A stretch of 64,000 bases of DNA from NCBI GenBank assembly GCA_050173015.1, contig JBFXLE010000008.1:105036-169035 (forward strand). Direction: 5' to 3'. The position numbers and the translations under genes are program-made. The stretch's first letter is position 1; each line of letters starts with the position of its first letter. Of this stretch, positions 10,372 to 19,411 are shown piece by piece. Source of the stretch: Calditrichaceae bacterium. GTDB taxonomy: Bacteria; Calditrichota; Calditrichia; Calditrichales; JBFXGD01. The notes beneath the pieces were generated by a model that saw only the letters and a list, made by a program, of their open reading frames with translations, did no database searches and was not told the origin of the DNA.

Positions 10372-11475
10372 TTACTCCAGTTTCGTGCTGAACTTTCTGA
10401 GACTTAGGATGATCAATCCGGCGGACATCACTACCAGATAAATCGTTTGCCATGTCAATTCAGCGATTCCAACGCCTTTAAGCATGATACCGCGGATAAT
10501 TTCTATAAAATGCGTCGCGGGTATAATCCAGGCGATATACTGCAGAATTTCCGGCATACTTTTGATGGGAAAAATAAATCCTGTGAGCATCACTGTCGGT
10601 AATATGGTGGCGACAATTGTAACCAACATGGCCACCTGCTGTGAACTGGTGACCGTTGAGATAAGCAGGCCCAGACTTAAGCCGGTCAGTAAATAAAGGA
10701 TCAGCATTATATTAAGCAGCATCAGGGAACCATTGACAGGGACATCAAACCACAGCCATGCAAAAAAGAGTACGAGAATGCTGTCAAAAAAACCGATAAT
10801 CACATAAGGGATTACCTTGCCGATGATAATCTGGACAGGCCGAACCGGACTGACCAGAATCTGCTCCATCGTTCCCACCTCTTTCTCACGTACGATCGTG
10901 ATGCTTGTCAAAAGTGCGCTGATCAGAAGCATAATCACCGCGATCAATCCCGGTACAAAGAAATAGGATGACTTCAAATCCGGATTATACAGAAGTCGCG
11001 GTTCAACCTGAAACGCGGTCATCATCTGTTGATTCATCATAAAATTATATTTACTCACGATAAGCGTGACATAATTGTTTATATAGTTTGCCGCGTTGGG
11101 ATCACTCGCGTCGATCAGTAACTGCACCGGAGTACTCACGCCGGTTTGCAATTCTCTTGAGAAGTTTTCCGGTATCACAAGAACGCACCGGGCTTTCCTC
11201 TGATAGAATATGGTTTCAATCTGATCATAAGGGACATCTACATCGGTCACAATAAAAAAATCCGTCGAGATTATTTTTTCTGTCAACGCCCTGCTTTCCG
11301 GTGTTTTAGATAAATCAACGATCGCGGTTTCGATATTACGCATCTCCAGCGTAATCGCGTAGCCGTAAAGAAAAAGCATAATTATTGGCATGGCGATGAT
11401 AATAGCGAGAGTCTGGGGATCTCTCCAAATATGAGTAAACTCTTTTTTCGCTATACTTCTCAGGATCTGGTTCAT
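10372..11475 (-). CDS. ABC-2 type transporter permease (YbhS-like)
   Basis: KEFTHIWRD, YNPDL, REKEVGTMEQ, LTGFIFPI. Confidence 0.9.
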   Translation of the reverse strand: MNQILRSIAKKEFTHIWRDPQTLAIIIAMPIIMLFLYGYAITLEMRNIETAIVDLSKTPESRALTEKIISTDFFIVTDVDVPYDQIETIFYQRKARCVLVIPENFSRELQTGVSTPVQLLIDASDPNAANYINNYVTLIVSKYNFMMNQQMMTAFQVEPRLLYNPDLKSSYFFVPGLIAVIMLLISALLTSITIVREKEVGTMEQILVSPVRPVQIIIGKVIPYVIIGFFDSILVLFFAWLWFDVPVNGSLMLLNIMLILYLLTGLSLGLLISTVTSSQQVAMLVTIVATILPTVMLTGFIFPIKSMPEILQYIAWIIPATHFIEIIRGIMLKGVGIAELTWQTIYLVVMSAGLIILSLRKFSTKLE

Positions 11476-12218
11476 AGAGCCGCCTGCTTTACAACCTTCA
11501 TAAAAACATCCTGCATGGAATCCACCCGGTACTTGCTTTTAAGTTTCTGAGGATTATCCAGCTCCACGATCCGGCCGTCCCGCATAATGCTCAATTCGTG
11601 ACAATATTCCGCTTCATCCATATAATGGGTTGTCACGAATATGGTTTTACCTTTTTCGGCAAGCTCGTAAATAAGCAGCCAGAAATTTCTTCGTGATACA
11701 GGATCGACACCACTCGTCGGCTCATCCAGAAAAATGATTTCCGGATCATGTAAAATAGCGGTACTCAACGCCATCCGCTGTTTCCATCCGAGCGGCAAAG
11801 AACGAGTGAGCTGATCCGCCTGTTCCTCGAGTTTCAGATAACTTAGCAGTTCTTCCGTTTTTGTTTCAATCTCTGCGCGGCTTAATCCGTAAATCCCGCC
11901 ATAAAATTCTATATTCTGTCTTACCGTCAGATCATCGTAAAGGCTGAATTTCTGACTCATATATCCGATATTTCTTTTAATGGTCTCCGGCTCAGTGTAA
12001 ACATCATATCCGGCGACAGTGGCTTTGCCGGATGTCGGGAGCAACAGGCCGCATAGCATTCTGATCGTAGTCGTTTTGCCGGCTCCGTTCGCGCCCAAAA
12101 ATCCAAAAATCGCGCCGCGTTTAACTTTAAAACTAATATTATCCACCGCGTTGAAAGAGCCAAAGCTCCTGGTCAGATTTTCCACAACAACAGTATATTC
12201 GTTCTCAGCTATCTTCAT
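11472..12218 (-). CDS. ABC transporter ATP-binding protein (resembles the C-terminal half of YbhF)
   Basis: GANGAGKTT, LPLGWKQR, LDEPTSGVDP, TTHYMDEAE. Confidence 0.92.
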   Translation of the reverse strand: MKIAENEYTVVVENLTRSFGSFNAVDNISFKVKRGAIFGFLGANGAGKTTTIRMLCGLLLPTSGKATVAGYDVYTEPETIKRNIGYMSQKFSLYDDLTVRQNIEFYGGIYGLSRAEIETKTEELLSYLKLEEQADQLTRSLPLGWKQRMALSTAILHDPEIIFLDEPTSGVDPVSRRNFWLLIYELAEKGKTIFVTTHYMDEAEYCHELSIMRDGRIVELDNPQKLKSKYRVDSMQDVFMKVVKQAAL

Positions 12219-12325
12219 ATTACCGGACTTTTAGTTTTATGGGTTTTGGTGACAAAATCATATCGTTACTCCCCGGTGTCTGTCAATTTTTGACCGCCTA
12301 TCGTTTTTCTCATCACCCCTTTTTT

Positions 12326-12533
12326 CTTCTCACTTCCTACTTCCCACTTCTTACTTCTTACTTTTCTTCATTTCCCAAGCAAGCAGAAGATCCCTCCGGG
12401 ATGACGTGTACGGCGGTCTGTCGTTAAATGGCCGGGCGCCCCTACTCTTAACTCTTAACTCTTTTCTCTTAACGCTCTTAATCTTTTCTCTTTTTTCTTT
12501 TTTCCTAAAATTCCTACTTCCTACTTCTTATTT
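12326..12533. repeat. Intergenic heptamer-repeat element, copy 1 (inverted copy at 63674-63771)
   Basis: Five CTTCyyA-type heptamers at 12326-12360. 12443-12487 (45 bp) and 12509-12533 (25 bp) are exact reverse complements of 63727-63771 and 63674-63698. Confidence 0.9.
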
Positions 12534-12535
12534 CT

Positions 12536-13471
12536 TTATCCATCATCTCTACCCGTCATTAGTTCCAAAAACAGATTTTCAAGGTTTGGCTGTATTAAAT
12601 CAACCGAATGATATTCGATTTTCAGTTTTTTAAGTCCGCTGCAAATTTCATCATGCCCTATTTTTTCCTTGTCCAGAAAGTGTACCCCGTTTCCAAAGAG
12701 CTGTACTTTTTCATTCCACGGTGATGACCGCAACGTTTCGAAGACAGAGTAAGGCTTGTCCGTACGTATAAGAAATAAATCCGACTTAAAGGACTCTATC
12801 AGTGTTTCCGGACGGTCAGTCGCCAGAAGTTTTCCGTCATACATGAGACCAACTCTGTCACATAGGCTGGCTTCATCCATATATGCCGTGCTTACAAGAA
12901 TACAGGTCCCATCCTTGGCGAGCGTCTGTAATATCTCCCAAAACTCATTCCTTGAAACAGGATCTACCCCAAAAGTTGGCTCATCCATCACCACAACATC
13001 CGGTTCATGCATCAGCATGCAGGATAAAGCCAGTTTCTGTTTCATTCCTCCGGATAGGTCGCCCGCTCTGCGTTTTTTAAACGGTCCCAATCTTGAAAAA
13101 TCATACAAGCGTGTCATTCGTTCCAATTGCCCGGATTTTGGTATTTTAAAAAGATCACCAAAGAAACGCAGATTCTGTTCAACCGTTAAATCGGGATATA
13201 AACTAAAGCGTTGAGGCATATATCCAATATTTGCCCTTACAGTGTGGAGATCTTCCTGAACAGCTTTACCATGGAATAATACATCACCGGAATCCGGATT
13301 CAAAAGCGATACCAGTATTCGGATCAGCGTGGTTTTCCCCGCGCCGTCAGGACCGATTAGTCCGAAGATTTCACCCTTTGCCACTTCAAGTGAAACATCT
13401 TTCAGGGCTTGAACAGAACCATAGGATTTTTTCAGATTTTTAATGATTATTGGATGATCGTTAGCCGACAT
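12536..13471 (-). CDS. ABC transporter ATP-binding protein (resembles the N-terminal half of YbhF)
   Basis: GPDGAGKTT, LSGGMKQK, MDEPTFGVDP. Confidence 0.92.
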   Translation of the reverse strand: MSANDHPIIIKNLKKSYGSVQALKDVSLEVAKGEIFGLIGPDGAGKTTLIRILVSLLNPDSGDVLFHGKAVQEDLHTVRANIGYMPQRFSLYPDLTVEQNLRFFGDLFKIPKSGQLERMTRLYDFSRLGPFKKRRAGDLSGGMKQKLALSCMLMHEPDVVVMDEPTFGVDPVSRNEFWEILQTLAKDGTCILVSTAYMDEASLCDRVGLMYDGKLLATDRPETLIESFKSDLFLIRTDKPYSVFETLRSSPWNEKVQLFGNGVHFLDKEKIGHDEICSGLKKLKIEYHSVDLIQPNLENLFLELMTGRDDG

Positions 13472-13492
13472 ATTATGTTCCCGGTTGAATAA

Positions 13493-14362
13493 TTATATCT
13501 TTACATCCACAGGCATACCGATTTTGAAGATACCATCGGGATTGGATACGGCAATTTTTACAGAATATACCAGCGTGGTCCGGGTCTCTTTTGTCAATAT
13601 CGTTTTTGGAGTAAACTCTGATTCGCTTGAAACCCACCTGACTTTTCCCTCAAATTCTTTATCGACGCCGTCAATCGTCAGCTTGACAATTTGACCCAGT
13701 TTTACCTTATTCAGCTCCTCCAGCGGGATATAAATCGTTGCTTCCATACTGGAGATATTAGCCAGATCAACAACAGCCATCCCCGGCGTAATGAGTTCAC
13801 CTTTATAATGATATTTGTTGATAATGATTCCGTCAATCGGTGAGATTATTCTGGCATCCTGAATATTCAATTCTGTAATGTCCTGAGCTGCTCTTAACTG
13901 TTCGATCTTACTCGAAATAATTTGCCTGTTTGATTTTAATCCATCCTTTTGAGCCGTCAGTACATCGACCTGTGTGGCGAGTTCATCCCGTTTTTGTTCC
14001 GTTGCCGCTCCTTCTTTAAGCATGAGCTCGGTTTTTGCCAACGTTTGAGAAGCAAGATCGAGTTGTGCCTGTACCTGCCGCGCCTGCGCGTCAACCGCCT
14101 GCAAATTTACGGTTAATTCCACAAGCTGAGCCTGCTGCTGTCTCCGCTGCGCCAGGAGCTTATCCTTATTGATGAGCGCGAGAATCTGATTCTTCGCGAC
14201 CGGGTCCCCCTCTTCAATTTGTAGAGAATCGATTTCTCCGGCAATCTTCGCGGACAAACGGATTACATCGGTCTCAAGACGGCCGTTATAAATAGTCTGA
14301 TCATCGTTGTTATTTGAACAGGCGATAATAAATAACAATATGATTAAATAATAAGCTCTCAT
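13493..14362 (-). CDS. HlyD/YbhG-family efflux periplasmic adaptor (lipoprotein)
   Basis: IIAC lipobox, biotinyl-like EEGDPV, coiled coil, SPIDG, SEFTPK, KIGMP. Confidence 0.9.
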   Translation of the reverse strand: MRAYYLIILLFIIACSNNNDDQTIYNGRLETDVIRLSAKIAGEIDSLQIEEGDPVAKNQILALINKDKLLAQRRQQQAQLVELTVNLQAVDAQARQVQAQLDLASQTLAKTELMLKEGAATEQKRDELATQVDVLTAQKDGLKSNRQIISSKIEQLRAAQDITELNIQDARIISPIDGIIINKYHYKGELITPGMAVVDLANISSMEATIYIPLEELNKVKLGQIVKLTIDGVDKEFEGKVRWVSSESEFTPKTILTKETRTTLVYSVKIAVSNPDGIFKIGMPVDVKI

Positions 14363-14364
14363 TA

Positions 14365-15663
14365 TTATAATCTCCACTCATTTATTGGTTGGCCGCTTAA
14401 ATAGTCAATCTCATTTATCTTCATATCAAGGGTTAACATTTGTGTCGCGTAACTTAATTCGGCCTGGGTCAGTTCTAAATTAGCATCATTGAAATCCGTC
14501 GCGCTAGCCATACCCTGTAATGATTGGGACTGGATGATTTTCATTTTTTGTCTGGACAGCTCAAGTGCTTTTTCAGATACTTTTAACTGCTCTTTCACCG
14601 CGCTTAATTCACGCACAGCCGTGTCAAATCTTGTTCGGATCTGATCAACAAGAGCCTTTTTCTGATAACCAAGCCTGACAATTCCCGCTTCGCGCGCTTC
14701 GACCGCTTTTTTGTCAGCTCCCCAGCTCCATAAATTCCAGCTCACTCCGGCCCCCCAGACACCGTAAGTCATCCAGTCTTTCTTAATCACATCCACACCC
14801 GGATTACCGTATTTTACCGCCGCCTCAATCGCTACGGATGGATAATAGGCTGACCGGGTTCTTTTTATATCCGATTCCAGAAGTTGTTCCTGAATTTCGA
14901 GGGCTTTGTAAGCTTCTATGCGGGAAATTTCCAATTCCGCGTAATCAGATACCAAATTATCCTGATTTTTCTCATCGGGAACAACAGGCTCTCCCGCGAG
15001 AATCTCGAGCGTTTGCATGGCGGACTCCATAGATGCCCGGGCCGAGATGATTTTCTGATCATAACTGAGTTTAGCCAGCGCCAGAGAAAGCGTATCTACC
15101 GGAAGCGCCATACCGTTCCTGACCAGTGATTTTACCTGATTCAGCTGTAGCCGCGTTCTCTCCGCCGCGGCTTCCAGCAAAGCTATATTCAACTTGCGCG
15201 CCTGAACCTGCCGATAAACAGTGACCGTCTCAAAGGCGATATCTTTTATGCTTTTTTCCTTATTGTTTTCCGCGAACCGGTACTGCCGGTCACTGATTTC
15301 GACTGCCGCCTGCTGAGCGTATCCGCTAAAAACCACGTACGAAGCCGTTAACCCCGTCTCATAGGAATCGTATGTCGCCAGTCCGATTTTTGATGCCGGC
15401 ATAACAACTGAACCCGGTAGATTTATCTCAGCGACATCCGTAACATGCCGGTAACCCGCGTTAAAATCCACTGACGGCAATGTTTTTCGAAAGACAGAAA
15501 TCTTCGCCAGGCCGGCGGATTTGACATCCTCTTCCGCTGCTTTGAGTGTGGGATTATTGCTGATCGCCAGCTCAATAGTCTCAGACACCGACTGAGAGAA
15601 TACGAAGCTCTCCGTCAGTTGATTTATAGATAAAATGATGAAGATCATTAAGGAAAATCTCAT
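14365..15663 (-). CDS. TolC-family outer membrane efflux protein
   Basis: AISNNP, LPSV and YYPSV repeats, helical composition, position in efflux operon. Confidence 0.88.
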   Translation of the reverse strand: MRFSLMIFIILSINQLTESFVFSQSVSETIELAISNNPTLKAAEEDVKSAGLAKISVFRKTLPSVDFNAGYRHVTDVAEINLPGSVVMPASKIGLATYDSYETGLTASYVVFSGYAQQAAVEISDRQYRFAENNKEKSIKDIAFETVTVYRQVQARKLNIALLEAAAERTRLQLNQVKSLVRNGMALPVDTLSLALAKLSYDQKIISARASMESAMQTLEILAGEPVVPDEKNQDNLVSDYAELEISRIEAYKALEIQEQLLESDIKRTRSAYYPSVAIEAAVKYGNPGVDVIKKDWMTYGVWGAGVSWNLWSWGADKKAVEAREAGIVRLGYQKKALVDQIRTRFDTAVRELSAVKEQLKVSEKALELSRQKMKIIQSQSLQGMASATDFNDANLELTQAELSYATQMLTLDMKINEIDYLSGQPINEWRL

Positions 15664-16304
15664 TTACTTTCTCCCCGCGCGCTAATTCCATAATAGATAT
15701 TTTCAAAGATGGCTTTTTTTCTGTCTTCAATAAATTTCTTCCGGTCATAATCATTTTCCATTGAAAAAATTGCCCTAAAGACCGGTTCGGCAATAAAAAA
15801 GTAGATACAGGCTCCGATCACATTCATCATCAAATTTACATGATCCACCGCTACAATTTCGCCGCTCTTCACAGCCCTGTCTATGGCATGGATCATTTTG
15901 TGCGGCACCTGAAATTTATCTGAACGGATCAATGAGGAAATGATTTCTTCGACGATACTCCCGCCCTCCAGCATTTCGCTCGCGACAAACACCGGCAGCC
16001 TTGGATTTTCATCAAGTATGTCAATATATCTGTTTATAAATGATTTTAATGTTGTTTCAAACCTGTTTTCTTCTTTGAATACATCAAGAAGCTCGCCAAA
16101 ATATTTGACAAAAACCAACTCAAAAATTTGCGCGTAAAGCTTATCCTTACTTCTGAAATAATAATGAAGCATGGCCTTATTGATACCCGCGCGGTCGGCA
16201 ATATCCTGCATCCTGGCGCCATGCCTTCCCTTTTCTATGAATACATCCATGGCATTTTGCAGGATAATTTCTTCCGTGGTTTTTGTGTTTGAAATCCTGG
16301 GCAT
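15660..16304 (-). CDS. TetR/AcrR family transcriptional regulator
   Basis: HTH FIEKG...MQDIADRAGINKAMLHYYFRSKDKL; first gene of the efflux operon. Confidence 0.93.
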   Translation of the reverse strand: MPRISNTKTTEEIILQNAMDVFIEKGRHGARMQDIADRAGINKAMLHYYFRSKDKLYAQIFELVFVKYFGELLDVFKEENRFETTLKSFINRYIDILDENPRLPVFVASEMLEGGSIVEEIISSLIRSDKFQVPHKMIHAIDRAVKSGEIVAVDHVNLMMNVIGACIYFFIAEPVFRAIFSMENDYDRKKFIEDRKKAIFENIYYGISARGESK

Positions 16305-16310
16305 AATTAC

Positions 16311-16351
16311 CAACCAACTTGTTTAACTTATTTATTTAACTTTTTGGTTAA
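16311..16351. promoter_or_regulatory. Putative TetR operator(s)
   Basis: TTAAC-N6-GTTAA at 16336-16351 and related CAACCAACTTGTTTAA at 16311-16326, just upstream of tetR. Confidence 0.4.
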
Positions 16352-16476
16352 TTTATAGTCCCTTACAATTATTGTCAAGAAAAAAATCATCCCCATCATA
16401 ATCTTGCTTCTTCAGGTCAGCTTTCTTAATTTCATGCTCTTAGTCAATGTCTGTTAAATAACAAGCCGGAGCTTTT

Positions 16477-17712
16477 GTGAGTCGAGTACATGTAACTTCT
16501 GAAATAAGTCCATTAAAAAAAGTGATCATTCATACACCCGGTATGGAACTGGAGCAGATGACTCCCGAAGCCGCCGTTGAATTGCTGTATGATGATATTC
16601 TCTATCTGCCCTCCGCCATCAAACAACACAATCAGCTCAGCGGCGTTTTGTCAAAAGTCGCGGAACCGATTCAGGTTAATGATTTACTGGTGGATATTTT
16701 AAAGGACGAAAAAGTAAAAAGAGAACTTATACACGATTTGTGCGCTCACCTAAACACCGTTGAAGTTGAAAATTCCCTTCTGGAGCTTGATCCTAAAACA
16801 CTGTCGGCTCAATTGATCACAGGGACAAAGATCAAAAGAAACACGTTGGAGCGTTATTTAACTCCAAGGAATTATTCTCTGCCGCCTTTGCCGAACCTGT
16901 TCTTTACCAGAGATTCAGCAATGGTTATCAATGATAAAGCCATCATCGGCAATATGGCGAACCGGATTCGTATCGCGGAAGCGATCATAATGAGCTATAT
17001 ATTCCGTTTTCATCCTGATTTACTTTGCCAGGAATTTTTAATTGACGCCACAAAACAGAGTATGCCGGACGCCACTTTTGAAGGCGGCGATATTCTTATT
17101 CTCCAGGAAGATACTGTTCTTATCGGGATGAGTGAAAGAACCAGCATCCGCGGCATTGATTATCTTGTAGAACAATTCAAAAAAAGTAAAAACATAAAAC
17201 ATGTGTTCGTTGTTGTCCTTCCGAAAATCCGTGCCACCATACACCTCGATATGGTTTTTACGATGATTGACTATGACAAGGCCGTCGTTTCACCACCGGT
17301 AATTCTGGCAAAAAATGCCGTTGATGTCATCCATATAAATTTATCCGATGCCAATCATCCCAAATTTAACAGATATCCCTATCTTCTCAATGCTTTAAGA
17401 ACAGTCAATATTAATCTGGAACCGATTAATTGCGGGGGAGATACGGATCTCTACCAAAAACGTGAACAATGGCAATCCGGGGCTAACTTCTTTACAATCG
17501 CGCCGGGAAAAATTATCGGTTACGGAATGAATATATACACCTATGAAGCGCTCGCTCAGGCAGGAATACCGCGTATTGAAGCCATTGATGTGATGAGCGG
17601 AAAAGTTGATTTAAACAAAATGGATAAATATGCGGTGGCTATTTCGGGAAATGAGCTCACCAGAGGCGGAGGCGGTTGCCGCTGCATGACTATGCCCATT
17701 TCGCGGGAATAA
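16477..17712 (+). CDS. arcA: Arginine deiminase
   Basis: SEISPL, PNLFFTRD, EGGD, HLD, EQW, ELTRGGGGCRCM with catalytic Cys. Confidence 0.92.
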   Translation: MSRVHVTSEISPLKKVIIHTPGMELEQMTPEAAVELLYDDILYLPSAIKQHNQLSGVLSKVAEPIQVNDLLVDILKDEKVKRELIHDLCAHLNTVEVENSLLELDPKTLSAQLITGTKIKRNTLERYLTPRNYSLPPLPNLFFTRDSAMVINDKAIIGNMANRIRIAEAIIMSYIFRFHPDLLCQEFLIDATKQSMPDATFEGGDILILQEDTVLIGMSERTSIRGIDYLVEQFKKSKNIKHVFVVVLPKIRATIHLDMVFTMIDYDKAVVSPPVILAKNAVDVIHINLSDANHPKFNRYPYLLNALRTVNINLEPINCGGDTDLYQKREQWQSGANFFTIAPGKIIGYGMNIYTYEALAQAGIPRIEAIDVMSGKVDLNKMDKYAVAISGNELTRGGGGCRCMTMPISRE

Positions 17713-17823
17713 CTGTTTATTAACTTACTAAAATCTTCACAAGGGAAAATATAATGTCGGGATGCAATCTGATTCCCGATATATATTACAGATGAGACTA
17801 TTCAGTTGAAGCAAATAATCGTT

Positions 17824-18267
17824 CTATAAAATCGGAGCGATCTTTTTGTTTTTTTCCTTCTGCTGGCCTTTAAACGCCTTGATAATTTTCAGCAAATCAC
17901 GCCGTGTAATCTGCCCGACCATCTTACCATCCTGATCCGCGACAACCAGGCGTCTGAAAAAATGCTTCAGGAACATATCCGCTACACTGAAGATATCAGT
18001 ATTAGGCGGAATCGTAACCACATGTTCCGTCATAAAATCAGAGACTCTGCCGCTGGGAAGACTGTGGTATTCTCCTTTTGTCAACAGTGTGAGACAGTCT
18101 TTTTCCGAGAGAATTCCGACAATCTTCATTTCATCATCGGTTACAACCGCGCTGGTTATTCCCTTTGTAAGAAGAACGTCGATTGCTTTGTAGACATCCA
18201 TATCCCGCTGCAGGGTAACAAAAGTCTTATCCATAAAATCCTGCACCGTTGGCAAGTTGCTACTCAT
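17824..18267 (-). CDS. CBS domain pair protein
   Basis: VQDFM...GILSEKD and VSDFM...GQITRRD. Confidence 0.9.
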   Translation of the reverse strand: MSSNLPTVQDFMDKTFVTLQRDMDVYKAIDVLLTKGITSAVVTDDEMKIVGILSEKDCLTLLTKGEYHSLPSGRVSDFMTEHVVTIPPNTDIFSVADMFLKHFFRRLVVADQDGKMVGQITRRDLLKIIKAFKGQQKEKNKKIAPIL

Positions 18268-18360
18268 TAGAATTCCTCCTATTTGTTAGTTAATCACGAA
18301 ATGCTGATCCCATAAATGAATATCAACAATATGAATGATTCATGCAAGAATAATTAACAA

Positions 18361-18666
18361 TTATGAATAATAGTTGACTTTACAGCCGCAGCCGTCCCAC
18401 ATTTTTTCATAAATTTCCATCCGTTCATCCAGAAGTGCCATCGCAGACTCCGGACTGGTAAAACTTCTCAAAGCAATTTCAGATTTATTCGTTGTCTCCT
18501 GCAGGATGTATGTATTCTCTATTTTCATGATTCGGATAATACCGGAGATGAGAGTATCGCGTTCAGTGATGATTTCCGCGGAATTTTTTAATAATTCAAG
18601 TTGATCCGCGGTAATGACTTTTACTTTTTCTATTCCGATTTCTGTTAATAAATTATTTAAATCCAT
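18361..18666 (-). CDS. Hypothetical protein with C-terminal MWDGCGC motif
   Basis: 101 aa ORF in an otherwise empty gap; ends RMEIYEKMWDGCGCKVNYYS. Confidence 0.75.
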   Translation of the reverse strand: MDLNNLLTEIGIEKVKVITADQLELLKNSAEIITERDTLISGIIRIMKIENTYILQETTNKSEIALRSFTSPESAMALLDERMEIYEKMWDGCGCKVNYYS

Positions 18667-18770
18667 TTTGTTTCTGCCTTACTTTGTTCAACTTTATAAA
18701 TAAAAGATGAACAAAAATCAGATAAGATACACCTGCGTTTTTACATCTCTGCAAGCATTTTAAAACAATA

Positions 18771-19397
18771 TCACAGAATTCCCGCCTTTTGTAAATCGGT
18801 TCTCAGTTTTTCCACCCCGGTGAAAATAACTCCCCGCATACCGGCTTTGACGGCGCCTTCAATATTTTGCGGCCTGTCGTCAATAAAAAAACAATTTTCA
18901 GGATCAAAGCCAATATTTTTAGCCGCAATTTTGTACACTTCAACGGCCGGCTTCAGAATTCCGGTTTCAAAACTGAGGGTGGGGTTTTCAAAAACATCCA
19001 GTAACGGATAATTTTTTTTAAGGTAATTCCAGTGCGCGGGATCAATATCCGAGAGCAAACCTATAGGATATTTCCCCTGTATTTCACGCACAACCGATTC
19101 CATGCCTTCCATCGGCTCAAATATATCACACCATTTTTCTATAAAAACATCGTATTCAAGTTGAATATCAAACTGATCTTTAACCGACTGATACATCTGT
19201 TTTGTATCTATCTTGCCGGTATTATACTTAATAAAAAGCTCATTTTTGAATAATTTATCCAACAGCGTGAGATCATCGGCGTTGGGTGAAGGGTGGGCAT
19301 ATTTAAACAATCCCCTCGCGAAATCAACCTTAACAAGTACGCGTCCAAGGTCAAATATAACCGCTTTTATTTCATTATTTCCAGGATTTATCATCAT
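18771..19397 (-). CDS. HAD-family phosphatase (YihX-like)
   Basis: FDLGRVL, KP, FIDD motifs. Confidence 0.9.
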   Translation of the reverse strand: MMINPGNNEIKAVIFDLGRVLVKVDFARGLFKYAHPSPNADDLTLLDKLFKNELFIKYNTGKIDTKQMYQSVKDQFDIQLEYDVFIEKWCDIFEPMEGMESVVREIQGKYPIGLLSDIDPAHWNYLKKNYPLLDVFENPTLSFETGILKPAVEVYKIAAKNIGFDPENCFFIDDRPQNIEGAVKAGMRGVIFTGVEKLRTDLQKAGIL

Positions 19398-19411
19398 TCA
19401 AATTCCTTTTT

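Noticed and set aside
12326-12533. Possible CRISPR array or IS element
   Set aside because: Units are 7-bp tandem repeats with no unique spacers; no cas or transposase gene and no terminal inverted repeats were seen.
12239-12633. Short plus-strand ORFs (62 and 75 aa) rich in Leu/Phe/Ser/Thr
   Set aside because: They are translations of the low-complexity heptamer repeat, antisense to the operon.
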